Source: Octopus vulgaris
Lineage: Eukaryota
Assembly: GCA_951406725.2 (NCBI GenBank)
Contig: OX597817.1
Span: 91,388,001-91,452,000, forward strand
Direction of reading: 5' to 3'
DNA length: 64,000 nt
Positions 25,660 through 38,717 of this stretch are shown here, piece by piece. The notes beneath the pieces were generated by a model. It made no database searches, was not told the DNA's origin, and was given only the letters and a program-made list of their open reading frames with translations. The stretch's first letter is position 1; the number at the start of each line of letters is the position of its first letter. The position numbers were made by a program, and so were the translations under genes.

Positions 25660-26330
25660 TAATCCTTTCTACTGTTGGAACAGGCCTGAAATGTTGGGGT
25701 AGAAGCAGTTGATTACATTGAAGCCAGTGTTCAACTGGTTCTTATTTCATTGACCCTGAAAGGATGCAAGGCAAAGTTGACCCTGGCAGAATTGTTAGCA
25801 CTCCAGGCAAAATTCTTGCTGAGAATTTTGCATGGAGTGCTAACAATTCTGCCAGCTTACCACCTTAATAATAATGATAATAGTCTTTTCTACTATAAAC
25901 ACACAACCTGAAACTTTGTGGTAGGGGACTAGTTGATTACATCGACCCCAGTTCTTGACTGGTACTTATTTTATTGACCCCAAAAGGATGAAAGCAAAGT
26001 AGAGCTTGGCGGAAATTGAACTCAGAATATAAAGACTTATGAAATGCCACTGGACATTTTGCCTAGCATGTCAGTGGCTCTGCCAGTTTGCTGCCTTAAC
26101 AATAATAAAAGTAATGATTTCAAATTTTTGGCACAAAGCCAGCAATTTCAGGAAAGGGAGTAAGTCAATTACATCAATCCCAGTACACAACTGGTACTTA
26201 TTTTATTGACCCCAAAAGGATGAAAGGAAAAGTCAACATCAGTGGAATTTGAACTCAGAAAGTAAAGACAGACAAAATGTCACTAAGCATTTTGTCCAAT
26301 ATGCTAATGATTCTGCCAGCCTGCTGCCTA
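25660..26330 (-). mobile_element. Three tandem Meta-like SINE copies
   Basis: ctgg(t)acttattttattgaccc..aaaggatgaa...gaactcagaa...ctgccagc..cctta recurs at ~25660-25868, ~25885-26100 and ~26115-26330. Confidence 0.8.
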
Positions 26331-26449
26331 AAAGTGATAATAATAATAATAATATCTAGAAGAGAAAGAAATTATTCTTTAGAAGGATCATTTACAGAGT
26401 ATATAGAGGACAAAGGATTTGAAAAGGAAAATGTGGGAAACAAAATGAT

Positions 26450-26860
26450 AAACACTGAAGTAGTTCCGATCAGTATTTTTCTAATAGATGAAAGAAATAA
26501 CAGACGACAAGCACAGCTGACTTTAGTTAAAGAAAAGAATGGTGAATAAAGACTGAGGGAATGATTTTAGCAACACAGAGACAGATGGTTTTATTCCTAA
26601 ATTGGACCAAGAGAATAATGGGTAATGAGAACTATTCCTCCAAAAGTAGAATGTCTGACATTACAGATGAGACTATAGCTCGGTTCAAAATGAGTACTAA
26701 AAGCTTGGACATGATAAGACTACTGTAAGCTCAGGAATTTCTGGAATTTGCATACACAGAAAAGAACAATGATTATTTGGGAGGGAAACAGGTATAAAAG
26801 CCTATGAAAGTGATGAAGTGAAATTTATAATGGGACTTTCCTAGATATATCAAAAGAAGA
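26450..26860 (+). mobile_element. Highly degenerate R4/Dong LINE fragment
   Basis: NKTEGMILATQ...SKSRMSDITDETIA resembles AETEGFLIAAQDQ...CRICGDGQETI of the element at 1-2734. Confidence 0.4.
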
Positions 26861-26891
26861 ATGTGCATCACTTCATTTCTGTCACATACAC

Positions 26892-26951
<60 letters not shown>

Positions 26952-27321
26952 TCCTCCCTCCCTTCTCTCCCCTCTCCCATCTCTCCCCATCTCCCCCTCT
27001 CTACTCCTGCTCTCCCTCCTTTCACATGCATACATACATACATACATACATACATACATGCATACCTATGCAGCATATCTATGTAGATCATACATGCTAC
27101 TTAACAAATTTACATAAACACAGCACTGTAACATTACACATATAAAGAAATAAGCCAAGTTATATTTCAAAACAATTCACAAAAAAAAAAAAATACAGTT
27201 CATTATGTATGTTGAAATACAATTGTGAGAATTAAAAACAACCTGAAAGGAAAGATTACACAAGCTGGTAACAACTTTAAATTTAATTCTAAACTTTATT
27301 AAAACTTTTAAAGATCATTAT

Positions 27322-27526
27322 CTATTTTACTCTTTTACTTGTTTCAGTCATTTGATTGTGGCCATGCTGGAGCACCGCCTTTAGTCGAGCAAATCGACTT
27401 TGTAAACCTAGTTCTTGTTCTATCGGTCTCTTTTGCCAAACTGCTAAGTTACGGGGATGTAAACACACCCGCATCGGTTGTCAAGTGATGTTGGGGGGAC
27501 AAACACAGACACACAAACATATACAG

Positions 27527-27557
<31 letters not shown>

Positions 27558-27692
27558 CGATGGGCTTTGTTCAGTTTCTGTCAACCAGATCCACTCACAA
27601 GGCTCTTTGGTCAGCCCGAGGCTATAGTAGAAGACACTATAGGTGCAACGCATTGGGTGCAACGCATTGGGACTGAACCCAGAACCATGTGA
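27322..27692 (-). mobile_element. CORE-like tRNA SINE with a small internal tandem duplication (ggtgcaacgcattg x2)
   Basis: Same family as 11731-12086. Confidence 0.85.
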
Positions 27693-28639
27693 ATACAATG
27701 GATCTAGGATGTTAACAAAGATTTATATGAAACATATATACTATATGACCCCTAAAACTTCAGTTTTATGCAAAGGCTACAAAATTTGTGGAACTACAAA
27801 CACCCAGAATTAGATTTTTCTCATGGTTGTCTCAATGGGAACTACTTCTTATAGGGAAAGGGAGAGAGAAAGATAAGAACAATGAGAGAGTGTACTACAT
27901 AAGTTTCTTTTCTTTTCCTAATGTCAAGAAATCATTATCAAAGAGTGATAAGATGAAAAGAGCATACATTATTTCCACTTCTTTTATTAAACTTTCCACT
28001 AGTTACGGATAGCTTTGCCCTTGTTCTGGGCTCTTCAGCATGGTATAACTTGGGATTATAAAATTAGTTTGTCTAAAGTCTTTTAAAAATCAAAATTAAA
28101 GACAATCAATTACTTTTTCTTTTAACAGTGAAAAAATGAAGTGAAGAGAGATGAACAAGTAAAACGTCTCATTAGATGTAAATTAATACATCTAACGGAA
28201 ATGTCTGATTCAAAGCAGGCTGACACTATACATCCAGCCACTGAAGATAACCAGATGTTCATCCCATTTCCACTGAAGGACTGACAGAATGGTCATCTAA
28301 ATCTAGCAGTAAACAGCACACCAACAATTTAGTTGAAATCCATACCTAAGCTGTATAAACAGAACACTAAAAACTTGTGAACACCTAACAAGTTATTGAC
28401 ACCTTACAAGTGATCTGAGATGATATGTTTCAACAGGTTTACAACCTTAATTTGAATGACCAGTATAAGTAAAGAACCCAGTAAATCAGAATTAGTAGCA
28501 GTAAACAAAATCGCAAAGAAATATCTGAAGAGCACACAGCCCAGAAGTATGAAAAATCTACAAAACTATTAACCTTTCAATATATGCCTCAGCTATTACA
28601 TGACTTACATATTGCAAATGGCTGAAGCCATGCAAATGA

Positions 28640-30260
28640 GATTCCAGTAGAAAATCTTGGCCAGCATAAGTACATAACTTTAAAAATAAAAAATTTTACT
28701 TCTGCAAAATGTATCTCACAGATCATTATTGTTATGAAATGTAACACAGAGAACAACTTCACACAATATCAAGAAGACCCCAGGAAAAAAATTGAGAGGT
28801 AATTTGGTGATACAGGACTTGAAAACCTATACTTTAACCTGCACCAGCTGAAATAATGGCTCAGCTACAGCTGCAAAAACTAAAATATAAACCTAAGGCA
28901 TATAAACAGCAAATGCTCAATAAATTATTTGCCAGGGATCCCAAGTCAGTTTATCACAGCTTCAATGATAAAGACTCAATCTCTGTAAAAGACACCCCAA
29001 CAAAAGATCAAGTTGGTAATTCTTGGAAATCTGTATGGGAAGCAAATGGTGAATTCAGCAAATAAGCTGTATGGCTAAAAGAACTGGAGCAAGATGGCAA
29101 CATAATAGAAACTATTCTACAGAAAATGTCAAACCAGAAATCTCTAGGGCTGGACCTCATAACAACCCACAACACTTTTGCAGTGCCTGTCCTCACACAT
29201 GCATTTGGCTTTCTGAACTGGTCACTACAAGGACTCAAAGAAATAGATGTCCAGACTCGCAAGCTGTTCAGTATTACAAGAAACTTCAACATCAGTGGAA
29301 ATATAGAGAGGTTATACTTCCCATGCAAGGAAGGTGGCTGTGGCCTCAAATCTGCATCAATGTCATATGAAGCATGTATTGTGACACTAAAAGAACTCTG
29401 TGGCAGAGAAAAAAACCAGTCACTATGTTGCCCAAGTTTGTGATCATGAAATCAACAACATAATCAGTAAAGCTAATGAACCTGAGGAGAGGTATGAAAT
29501 AAGAACTGATACAAATTTCTCCCCAAGGAACATTGGTAAAATCTGTGTATCAGAACAGAATAAAGATGAACCAATTCACTGAGAAGATAATACATGGATA
29601 CTAGGAACAAAAATCAGAAACCGTTGAAAGGACTGATCATGTCAAAAGCTTGGCATGGAGTACTGGCAAGTTTATGACCTTCCACTTCAAAGGTTACCTT
29701 CATGCAATTCACAAATAAGACATCCTCACCAAGTTCTTACCACATAAAAGACAAAATGTTGACTGTAGACTGTGTAAGGTTAAGACTGAAAACATCAGCC
29801 ACATTATTGCCAACTACATAGAGGCATGATGCAGTGGCTAGAATAGTCTGAAACACGATAACAAAATGAAAACACCTATAGACGAAGTTAACCATATTGA
29901 GATTAAGGGGTTGAAAAAATAATGGTGGAATTTAAAAATTGAAACATCCACCAAATTAAAACACAACTGGCCAGATATTGTTGTGTGGAACCAAGCTGCC
30001 CTCTGGACACCAATGGGTTTAAAAAATACAGGAGGATGAGGATGCCTCTGGATCATTGATAAGGAGTTTGCAAATCCAGTACCCAAGACACACTTTCAGC
30101 TTCATAGCAGTTATTATTGGATCAACAGGATACATACAAACCCTATCTGGAGCCAAGTATGGGAGAACTTGGGATCTTGCAGGGGGAATGCAAATTTTTA
30201 TTTCATATGCTACACATTATTACAATATCTGAGACTATAAAAATCTGCAAGACCTTAAGA
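28640..30260 (+). mobile_element. Degenerate R4/Dong LINE (second family) with the RT core deleted
   Basis: NKLFARDPKSVY...WKSVWE joins directly to HNTFAVPVLTHAFGFLNW...IERLYFPCKEGGCGL, then DCRLCKVKTENISHII and KHNWPDIVVW. Confidence 0.75.
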
Positions 30261-31129
30261 ATTAAAGGATGATGAAGAAAGCAAAATATGTCCTTTCATA
30301 AACTTGCTACGATTGTAGGGGTCCAATCAAAATTTATTCTAAAGTAAAAAGAGAAAGAGAAGAACATGCAGACATACATATATTCACACACATTTGTACA
30401 TGCATGCACTTCACTGACAGGCTGAAGACCAGCACCACACACATTTAATATTTGACAAGGTAGGCCATTAGGAATACAGATACAGTTCATGAGAAAAGCT
30501 TCCACACAGTCTTTGTCCAAACACTTTCATTCATACAGTTTTGGGTTGATCGAAAGTTATTGTAGAAGACATTTGCCCAGGGTATCATACAATGGGATTG
30601 AACCTGAGAATTTTTGATTACAAAACGATCTTCTTACACATATCACAGTGAAATTAACTTTTACAAGAGTCAGCAAGAAATAATACTAGCAGCGATTTTG
30701 ACATAGACTTAAATGTACATACGACAGCGTTCAAATGAACTGATGAAAATCAAACAGTTCACAGCGGTTATTAAACTCTGTAGTAATGTGTTCAATATTA
30801 ATGCTAATCAGGATACTATAGGAAGATACTGGAGTGATGTCTAGACATTAGAATATACAACTGCATAGCTAGAAATCATTATTAAGCAATATTAGGCTTC
30901 TCTGAGAAGAAGGCTCTTTTTCTTGTTTTATTTTTCCATTTTGTTCATCTTTCCTGTTAAGTTGTCAGTAATGATGAAGCTACATATACATAATGTCTTC
31001 CATGATTTGACCTTTATATCTTCATAAATCTTATTTGCTCTGCATGTGTTGATAAAAGCCGAAACTAATACATACAAATTTACACATACAAACACACTCA
31101 CATGTGTGCATATTTAGATATGCATACAG

Positions 31130-31133
31130 GAAG

Positions 31134-31173
<40 letters not shown>

Positions 31174-31222
31174 GTGTGTATGTATATAAACAAATGAATA
31201 TATACATATATAAATATTTGCA

Positions 31223-31281
<59 letters not shown>

Positions 31282-31600
31282 GTGTGTACATATTATATAT
31301 ATATTTATATATATGTATATAATATGGAAAGAGAGAGAGAGAAAGAGAGCTTGGTAGATAAATAGATATAGATATGGATGCATGTATGTATGTGTGTGTA
31401 TGTGTGTGTGCATATGTACATGCATGTGTGTATGAACAAACATACATACATAAATGCATGCATACATCCATACCTACATCCATCCATCCATCCACCCATA
31501 CATACATCCATCCATCCATCCATCCATCCATACATACATGCATACATACATACATACATACATACATACATACATACATACATACATACATACATCAGTA
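31130..31600. repeat. Compound (TA)n/(CATC)n/(CATA)n microsatellites
   Basis: Direct reading. Confidence 0.9.
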
Positions 31601-32245
31601 CATACACACAAGCAAATATATTATATTAGTCTATATTAGTGCATAGATATGTATGATAGAGCCTCAACTCTGTGATAATATGAGTTGAAAAATGTCAATT
31701 AACTGAGATAACTCAAGCAGGTAATAGATGAAAATAACTAGCCCATGAGATATATGAAATCTAAAAAGACTGCGCAAGGGAGACAACTCCAGTAAAATCT
31801 GCTAATTGAAATATTTGCAAATTAAAGAGCTCGTAGATGTAAGTCTTTACAGCCAAATGGCAGAAGTATTGACATATTTCAGTCATATTAGTGCTCATCA
31901 GCAAAGCATGTTTTATTCAGTTGTCAAGACTACAAGACAACCAATATATATAAATAGAACTATAGGAAAGGTAGTGATACTGGTGATGGATATCAACAAG
32001 ATGCATGAGGGGAAAACAACTCAGGAGTATTTGAGTTGTTTTTTTTTATATTATGGCAGTGTCTCCTATATAAAATATAGTGATAAATGGAGGTTATTCA
32101 GACAAAAACACACCACAAAAATTGCTTGATAACAAGCAATGGCAACAACTCCAACATAAAAATCAAGTGATTGTAAATTTTGGAATGCATGTATATATGA
32201 ATGTATATTTAGATCTATCTATCTATCTATCTATCTGTGTGTGCT

Positions 32246-32288
<43 letters not shown>

Positions 32289-33268
32289 CACTTTGATCAC
32301 TTTGACGGACCAGTCTGTCAGGCATCCATTTGACACCGCTGGTCACAGCACGCTGTCCACTCCTCTCGGGATCGCACCTTTCTCATCCACATGATCCCAA
32401 TCATCCTCTTGAAATCGTCACTTCACCACCGTGGAGGTCTTCTGGGTGGTCTTTTCCGCTCACGCGGGTACCATTCGGCAACTGCGTGCGTCTACCGATT
32501 ATCGGTGAGCCAGGTGACGTGTCCAGCCCATCTATACTTGCTGCGAGTATACTCTGCGATGACATCTCTCACACCGGACTTCTTTCTGATGATGTTGCTA
32601 TTTATGTGCTCTCTCAACGAGATACCAAGCATTAACCTTTCTATGGCTCTTTGAGCCGTTATCAGTCTTTGCTCTTCTCTCTTTGTGGTAGCCCATGTTT
32701 CACTACCATATAACATTGCAGGCAGAACTGCACTGTTAATGAGGTTGGCGCGGGTGGTCCTGTCCAACCTTCCCTTGAGCACATCCCTTATGCCATTGAA
32801 CGCCTTCCATCCGACCCTTACTCCCCGTGAGATCTCCTTTTTGATATCCCGGCACATATTTACTTCCTGTCCCAGGTAGACATATTCTCTCACCTCCTCT
32901 ATTTCATCACTGCTGATCACCATTCGACCTATTGGTACGTTGTCTGACCGCATGAACTTTGTTTTCATGCGGTTCATCTTGAGACCTACTGCAGAACTTT
33001 TGATGTCGAGCTCCGTCAGCATGGTCTGAAGCTGATCCATGTTTTCAGCGATGAGTACGATGTCATCAGCGAAACGGAGGTAAGTGAGGAGCTCGCCATT
33101 GATGTTGACACCACCTTGCCATTCGATGCCTCTGATGATCTGTTCGAGACATGCAGTGAAAAGTTTTGGGGAGATTGTATCTCCTTGCTTCACTCGCTTC
33201 TCGATTGGCACTTGTATGGGTGATAATAGTAGAGCTATGTCGGTGGTGCATCCGGAATCTGTCCGACC

Positions 33269-33271
<3 letters not shown>
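32289..33271 (-). mobile_element. 5'-truncated RTE-1-type LINE without PHD insertion, flanked by (TA)n
   Basis: ORF 32492-33211: VKQGDTISPKLF, LRFADDIVL, KTKFM, EYVYLG, MLYGSETW, RWAGHV; 3' end with a caaagtgat repeat. Confidence 0.9.
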
Positions 33272-33315
<44 letters not shown>

Positions 33316-33329
33316 GGTGGTTGTCTACT

Positions 33330-34340
33330 CCTTATGCAGAATCTGATCACCTCCTTAGATCCATCATGGCGTCTGATGTGGCTTTTTAAACCAGACAATT
33401 TATTGTAAAGATACCCTCATAGATTGCATATCTGATTTGGACCACCAAGAGCTACAGTTAAGTTCTGATCTTTGTGGATCTTAAAATGTCTTTTGAGGCC
33501 TCTGTTAGATATGCAGACCTTAAGGCATATATAGCATTGAAAGGTGTGCACAGATATAGGCAAAATAGTTGGAGTTTTGTTTTACATGGGTCTGCAAATG
33601 AGATTTGAGATTTGAGCATGGTCTTTCACAAACCATGCACACAAAAGGGGCATTGTGATTTATCTTCTCGATCATAACATTCTTCTTTAAATCTCCCTTG
33701 AGTCTTGTATGTGTTATCCTGGCCTCCTCAACTGCTTTCACTCCATTCCACACTTTTGCTTGCCATCCAGCTTAATCCAAAGCAAAGGCTTCTATTTTCT
33801 CTGGAGCTATTCCAAGTGACTTCATGGTAATCCTTATGCCGTATTTTAAACCTCTTTTTAGGTGTACACAGATAGCGTTTCCCCTCTGCAAGCTCACCAT
33901 AAGACAGTTGTTTGGGTGTGCATTCATCTGCTATTTGAAAAATATTGGCAAACCATCTCATATGGTTTTTCAGAATTATTGCTTTAATTGAAGTGATACC
34001 TGCAGACGCAAGGACATATGTGTTTGGAGTAAAAGAACTCCATTTAATGTTTAAAATGCAATGAAGGCAGCTTTAGTGGAATTGTTCTAACAATTTGAAA
34101 TGTCTTTTATAGCATGTCCATGTTTCAGAAGAATACAACAGGGATGCTAAGAAAAATGATTTGTAAAGAGCCAATTTTGTGCTGCTATATATATATGTCA
34201 TTGGTGCGAAATGCTCACTCCAAACCACTAAATGCTTGTGCTGCCCTTTGAATTTGCAGATGTATTTCTGTGTCAAGATTTCCATCATTTTGTACAGAGC
34301 GTCCAAGGTGGATGAAAGAATCAACAACCTCAAGTAACTT
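33330..34340 (-). mobile_element. Degenerate BovB-like RTE 3' part with three C-terminal C2H2 zinc fingers
   Basis: LLYSSETWTCYKRHFKLLEQFH, MRWFAN...PKQLSYGELAEGKR; then CMVCERPCSNLKSHLQTH, CYICLKVCISNRGLKRHFKIH, CNL*GYLYNKLSGLKSHIRRH. Confidence 0.75.
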
Positions 34341-34342
34341 AC

Positions 34343-35200
34343 CTTTAACAACAGTCTTTCATAATGGCTTCTCCAAGCCTCTTTCTTCGCAGAATCATTA
34401 AACGCAAGGGCACCATCATCCATGCAGACACATTCCTTTTCTATGACATCATGGTTTTCTCTCACACACTGTCTTGCAATCCAAAATACTTCAGGTGGCT
34501 AACTGGCTTCCTGAAGCTGGTGTTACAGATCAATATGTTATTTGCATTGCAGAACTCCATGAGTCTAGTTCCCTCTTCATTTCTGGTACCAACTTCATGG
34601 CCCCCAATGTACACCATGGAAGATATCAGATTGCTGTCCAACATGCCCATTTAAATCTCCAGCCACAAAGATGAGATCGTTTAAGGTAGCCTGCAGAAGA
34701 ATATCATAAAAGTGATCCTTCTGTTCATTTGGTAGGCCCGCTTGTGGAGTGTAGGCAGAGATAATTGTAGCTATACCATTCTGCAAGATTAGACTGAGTT
34801 TGAGTACTCTATCACACATCCTCACTACTGCTATGACCTTATCCACCTATTTCTCTGCAAGAAGTATGCTCACACCTCCTATTCCATCACTATTACCTTC
34901 CCAGAAGAGTTTATACCTATGTGCTTTGCCTGTGAGGACTCTGGCTGAAGCTCCTCTCCATCTTACCTCTTGTACGCAACATACGTCAATACGTCTCTGT
35001 TCAAGCATCTTTACAATCTTGCTAGACATACCTTTCAATGTGCCTACGTTTAGAGTGCCAACTCTGAAAACTGGGAAAGAAATATGGGAGGTAACACAGG
35101 AAGGAGAGATGTTACTCAGTACCTGAAAAGAAGGTTCCTGTGAAAGTTTGGTAACAGGCATCGTAATAGTTGTTCTTGCTTTTAACCTACTGTCAATCAA
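34343..35200 (-). mobile_element. RTE (PHD family) 5' fragment: APE endonuclease plus part of the linker, internally deleted
   Basis: FRVGTLNVGTL, CCVQEVRW, AGDLNGHVG, RNEEGTRLMEFC, CMDDGALAF...WRSHYERLL; closely matches 41585-42280 and 59247-59984. Confidence 0.85.
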
Positions 35201-35489
35201 GCATGTTAGAGTTGTTACGGTTGTTACCTCTATGGGGGTGGGAGTAAGGAAGTATTGTATATGAAAGTGTTGGGGCATTGTAAATATAAGTGTTATGAGC
35301 CTTGTGGGTGAAGCGTTACTAATGCTGCAGATATAAATGTGTAAATAAATAAATAAATTTTTTAAAAAGTGAATGGGCTACTATCTGGTTTAGTTATTCT
35401 AGACATAGGGAAAGGAGAGAGAGAAGAGGGCAGTAAGATTACCAACAGAGGAGGAGAGAGGTGAAGGACAACTGAATGTCCAGTACGAG

Positions 35490-35655
35490 AAAGGTTTCTG
35501 GTAAGAGAGAAAGCAATTTCTGATAAGAGAGAAAGCAATTTCTGGTAAGAGTGAGAGAGAAAGAGATTTCTAGTAAGAGTGAGAGAGAAAGATTTCCAGT
35601 AATAATGAGAGAGAAAGAGATTTCCGGTAAGAGTGAGAGAGAAAGAGATTTCCGA
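35490..35655. repeat. Minisatellite, ~21-29-bp unit (aagagtgagagagaaagagatttcyrgt)
   Basis: About 6-7 imperfect units read directly. Confidence 0.85.
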
Positions 35656-36711
35656 TATTATTGGCTGGGGTGGGAAAGGACATTGACGTGAAAGGACATT
35701 TTAAGGGCTACAGCAAACATGGTGGAGTTATTTTAGAGAAAAGTATGAAGTTTGTATTTGTATTGGTTTGCAAGATTCTTGGTATGAATTCGTGTGTTGA
35801 AAAGAATACTATTGAACCTTTGAACACACACACTGGTTCAAATCCTTTATTATCATTGTCAGCTAAGGTTTAGTTATTCCACTAACAAACTTATTGATTA
35901 GCCATCTTTTACCAGTTATTCTAACTCATATGTTAAACACTTTGGTCAGTTAATCAATAGTTCAAATGTTCATTATTGATCGTGTTGTCTTTTCTTTTTT
36001 CTTTTAATCAAATAATTATTTCATTGCAATGTTGCAAACTCTTCAGTGACACATCTCTCTACCTCCATTTCTTTTGAACTTATGTTTCAGCGTTGGTATT
36101 TGTATGAGATCTGTCTGAGATGAGTATGTGAGTGTGTGTATGTGTGTGTTTATACATAAGTGTGTGCATTCATATGTGTGTGTATGTTTTTTAAATACTG
36201 ACCTATGTCATTTTTCATATACATAAGATAGCAGTTTTGGTTTTCTCTTTGTTTTCTTCGCAAACACACATCTTCATCCATATAACGTTTCTCTGAAAGA
36301 CAGTTAAACCGTCTTCTTTGTTTGATAAATGTTGAACAAACTGATACCTATCTGTGCGTGAGTGTGAACATGCATATGTATGCATGTGTGTCCATGTGTG
36401 TATTGGAGGGCATGTGTGCACGAGCATGTGTGCCTGTGTTTGCGTGTCCATGTGTGAGCATGTGTCTGTGTCTCAGTGTGTCTTTATATGTGTGTTTCCA
36501 TGTGTACTCCTGTGTATGTGTGTGAGTTCCTATGTGTTTGTGTGTAAATGTGTATTTCTTTGTGTATGTTTCCATGTGTGGGCATATTCATATGTGTGTG
36601 TGTGGCCATGTGGGCATGAGGGCATGTCTGTGTCCTTATTTGTCTTTGCATGTGTGTGTGTGTGTGTGTGTGCATCCATGGGTCTTTGTAAGTGCTTTGC
36701 CTATCGAGAGT

Positions 36712-37793
36712 ATTTACTATTCAAAACAGGTCGTGTTTCTTTTATGAAGACTGACTCTCATATCTGTCAAAGTAATGCGTTGTCCGGGTGTTTAAACAGG
36801 ATTTCTATGCTAATCCAGCTTAGCACACCATCATGTTGTTTTTGGTATGTTGGTAGAGTATCAAGGCTTGTCTTTGATCCCTGTATTCCCTCTAATGTTC
36901 ATTTATACACTCAGCCAAACTTCTCGCAATTTCACCTTTGTATGCAGTTTTCTGGTTTTTATAATTACCATCCATGCAGTTTATTCAGTAAACTACATTT
37001 CTGTTTTACAGTTGACACCAGGGCTATATTTGCACACTACACAGTTCTCCTCTACACATGTGGTCTTTCTGAAGGGGTATGTTTTGCATATTATTGACTT
37101 TTATGTTCAACTTAGTCAACTAGCCTAAATCTGTAGGCTAGTTCCCCATGTGGTGTGGCTTCTACAAACATCACCCTTTGGAACTTGTTAGCATTGTACC
37201 ATACGTACTTTTTGTTCATTTTATCATAAATTCTTTGTATTTTATTCTGCTGCTTACTACAGAACCTAGGTTGTGTTTCATCAGCATCCTTATTTACAAT
37301 CTCTTCAAATTTCTTGCTAGCCCCCTTGAACACTTGGATCCTATTTTTCTAGTTGTATCCCCAAAATTGCATGCTATGCATGAAGTCTTGCGTGTGTTTC
37401 TGTTTCGCCCAGGGTTTACACAGGGGTGATATGTTTGTCATTATTCTGACTAGGTCAGCTATTAATATATTAATTTTCACATTGAGTGATAGCACCAAAC
37501 TCTTATAGATTACATACTTTGAGGACATGGGTTTCATATAGTGTGAGTAGAGGATATTCATTTTGTTATTAATGGTTTCTAGCCAAAGTTATGTGTCAAG
37601 GACCGGGAGTCTCTTGTTTGGGTGACTTGTTGTGTAATCTTTAGTTATCCTGATGCTTTGGTGTATGGAATTAGCTATATGTAGGATGCTTTCTAGTATG
37701 ATCCTCTCATTCTCTTCAGTCTGGCTGTTCGATGGTGTTTTGATAACGATGTTGATGTCACCCACATATCTCCTGTAAAGTCTGATTGCTACT
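36712..37793 (-). mobile_element. Penelope-like element fragment (RT C-half, Cys-rich linker, GIY-YIG; Neptune-like)
   Basis: Minus: YRRYVGDI, RLPVLD, LYSHYMKPMSS, VMFVEATPHGEL, CVEENCVVC...NC, NVVY*INC, YKGEIARSLAECINEH, ESVFIKETRPVLNSK. Confidence 0.75.
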
Positions 37794-37944
37794 GTGTGTT
37801 CCTCAAGAGCTTCAAGAGCTTATTTCAGTTTTCTGTCCCACCTGGTCATGAATAGTCCCACCACATCCCAAGTCACACTGACACTGATGGCTGCCCCCTG
37901 GACTTGCATATACCGCTTCATATTGAATTTAACTGTATTGTTCT

Positions 37945-38491
37945 GTGTGCCTCCATTCATCTTTCCACATGCCCTCAGACTCAGCACAGAGGCCTACATC
38001 AAGTGCTTAGAGGAGGTAGTGCTGCATTGGGTCAAGAGGGTGGCTGCTGGAAGGCTCTATGTCTGGCAACAGGACTCTGCACCATGCCACACAAGCAGGA
38101 GAACCCAGTCATGGCTGTCAGACAATTTCTATGAGCATATCACCCCTAACATCTGGCCACCTCACTCCTCAGACTGCAATACCCTTTATTATGTGTGGAG
38201 CACAGTTGAGTGAAAGACCAATAAAACTCCTTGTAAAACCAAAGATGAACTGAAGGTAAGGATTATGGCAGCGTTCACCAACTTAAACAAGGAAACTGTC
38301 CATAAGAGTTGCAGGAGATTACGAAGTTGTCTGGAGGCCATGGTTGAAGCCAATGACAATTTTATTGAATAAATTACTCTTTAGTATTTCAAGATATTTT
38401 AATGTAATTTTGGTAAATATATCTGTTAAAATGAGACGTCAGTGTTTTCATTTTTGTGTAATTTAGACGACAATTTATTCACTGCACCCTG
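37945..38491 (+). mobile_element. DD37D (maT-like) transposon 3' half
   Basis: VWQQDSAPCHTS...WPPHSSDCNTL-YYVW: 37 residues from QQD to the position of the third (deleted) Asp; ends ...cactgcaccctg followed by TA. Confidence 0.8.
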
Positions 38492-38717
38492 TATGTGTGT
38501 GTGTGTGTGTGTGTGTGTATACAGTGAAATAAACAGAACAGAGAAGTCAGTTAACAACAGCTTCTCTCTGAAGATTTCCTGAAGAAGATATCCTAAGCCT
38601 GAAATATTAAAATTCCAGGTCTTATTACTAACCATCGACCTGTATTATTAACTCTAGTAATTTGCATTGCTTTGGTGTTAAAACAAAAAATTAAAAGATG
38701 TGTGAGTGTGTGTGTGT

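Noticed and set aside
36354-37097. 247-aa + strand ORF
   Set aside because: The first half is a degenerate (TG)n tract and the second half is antisense to the Penelope GIY-YIG remnant.
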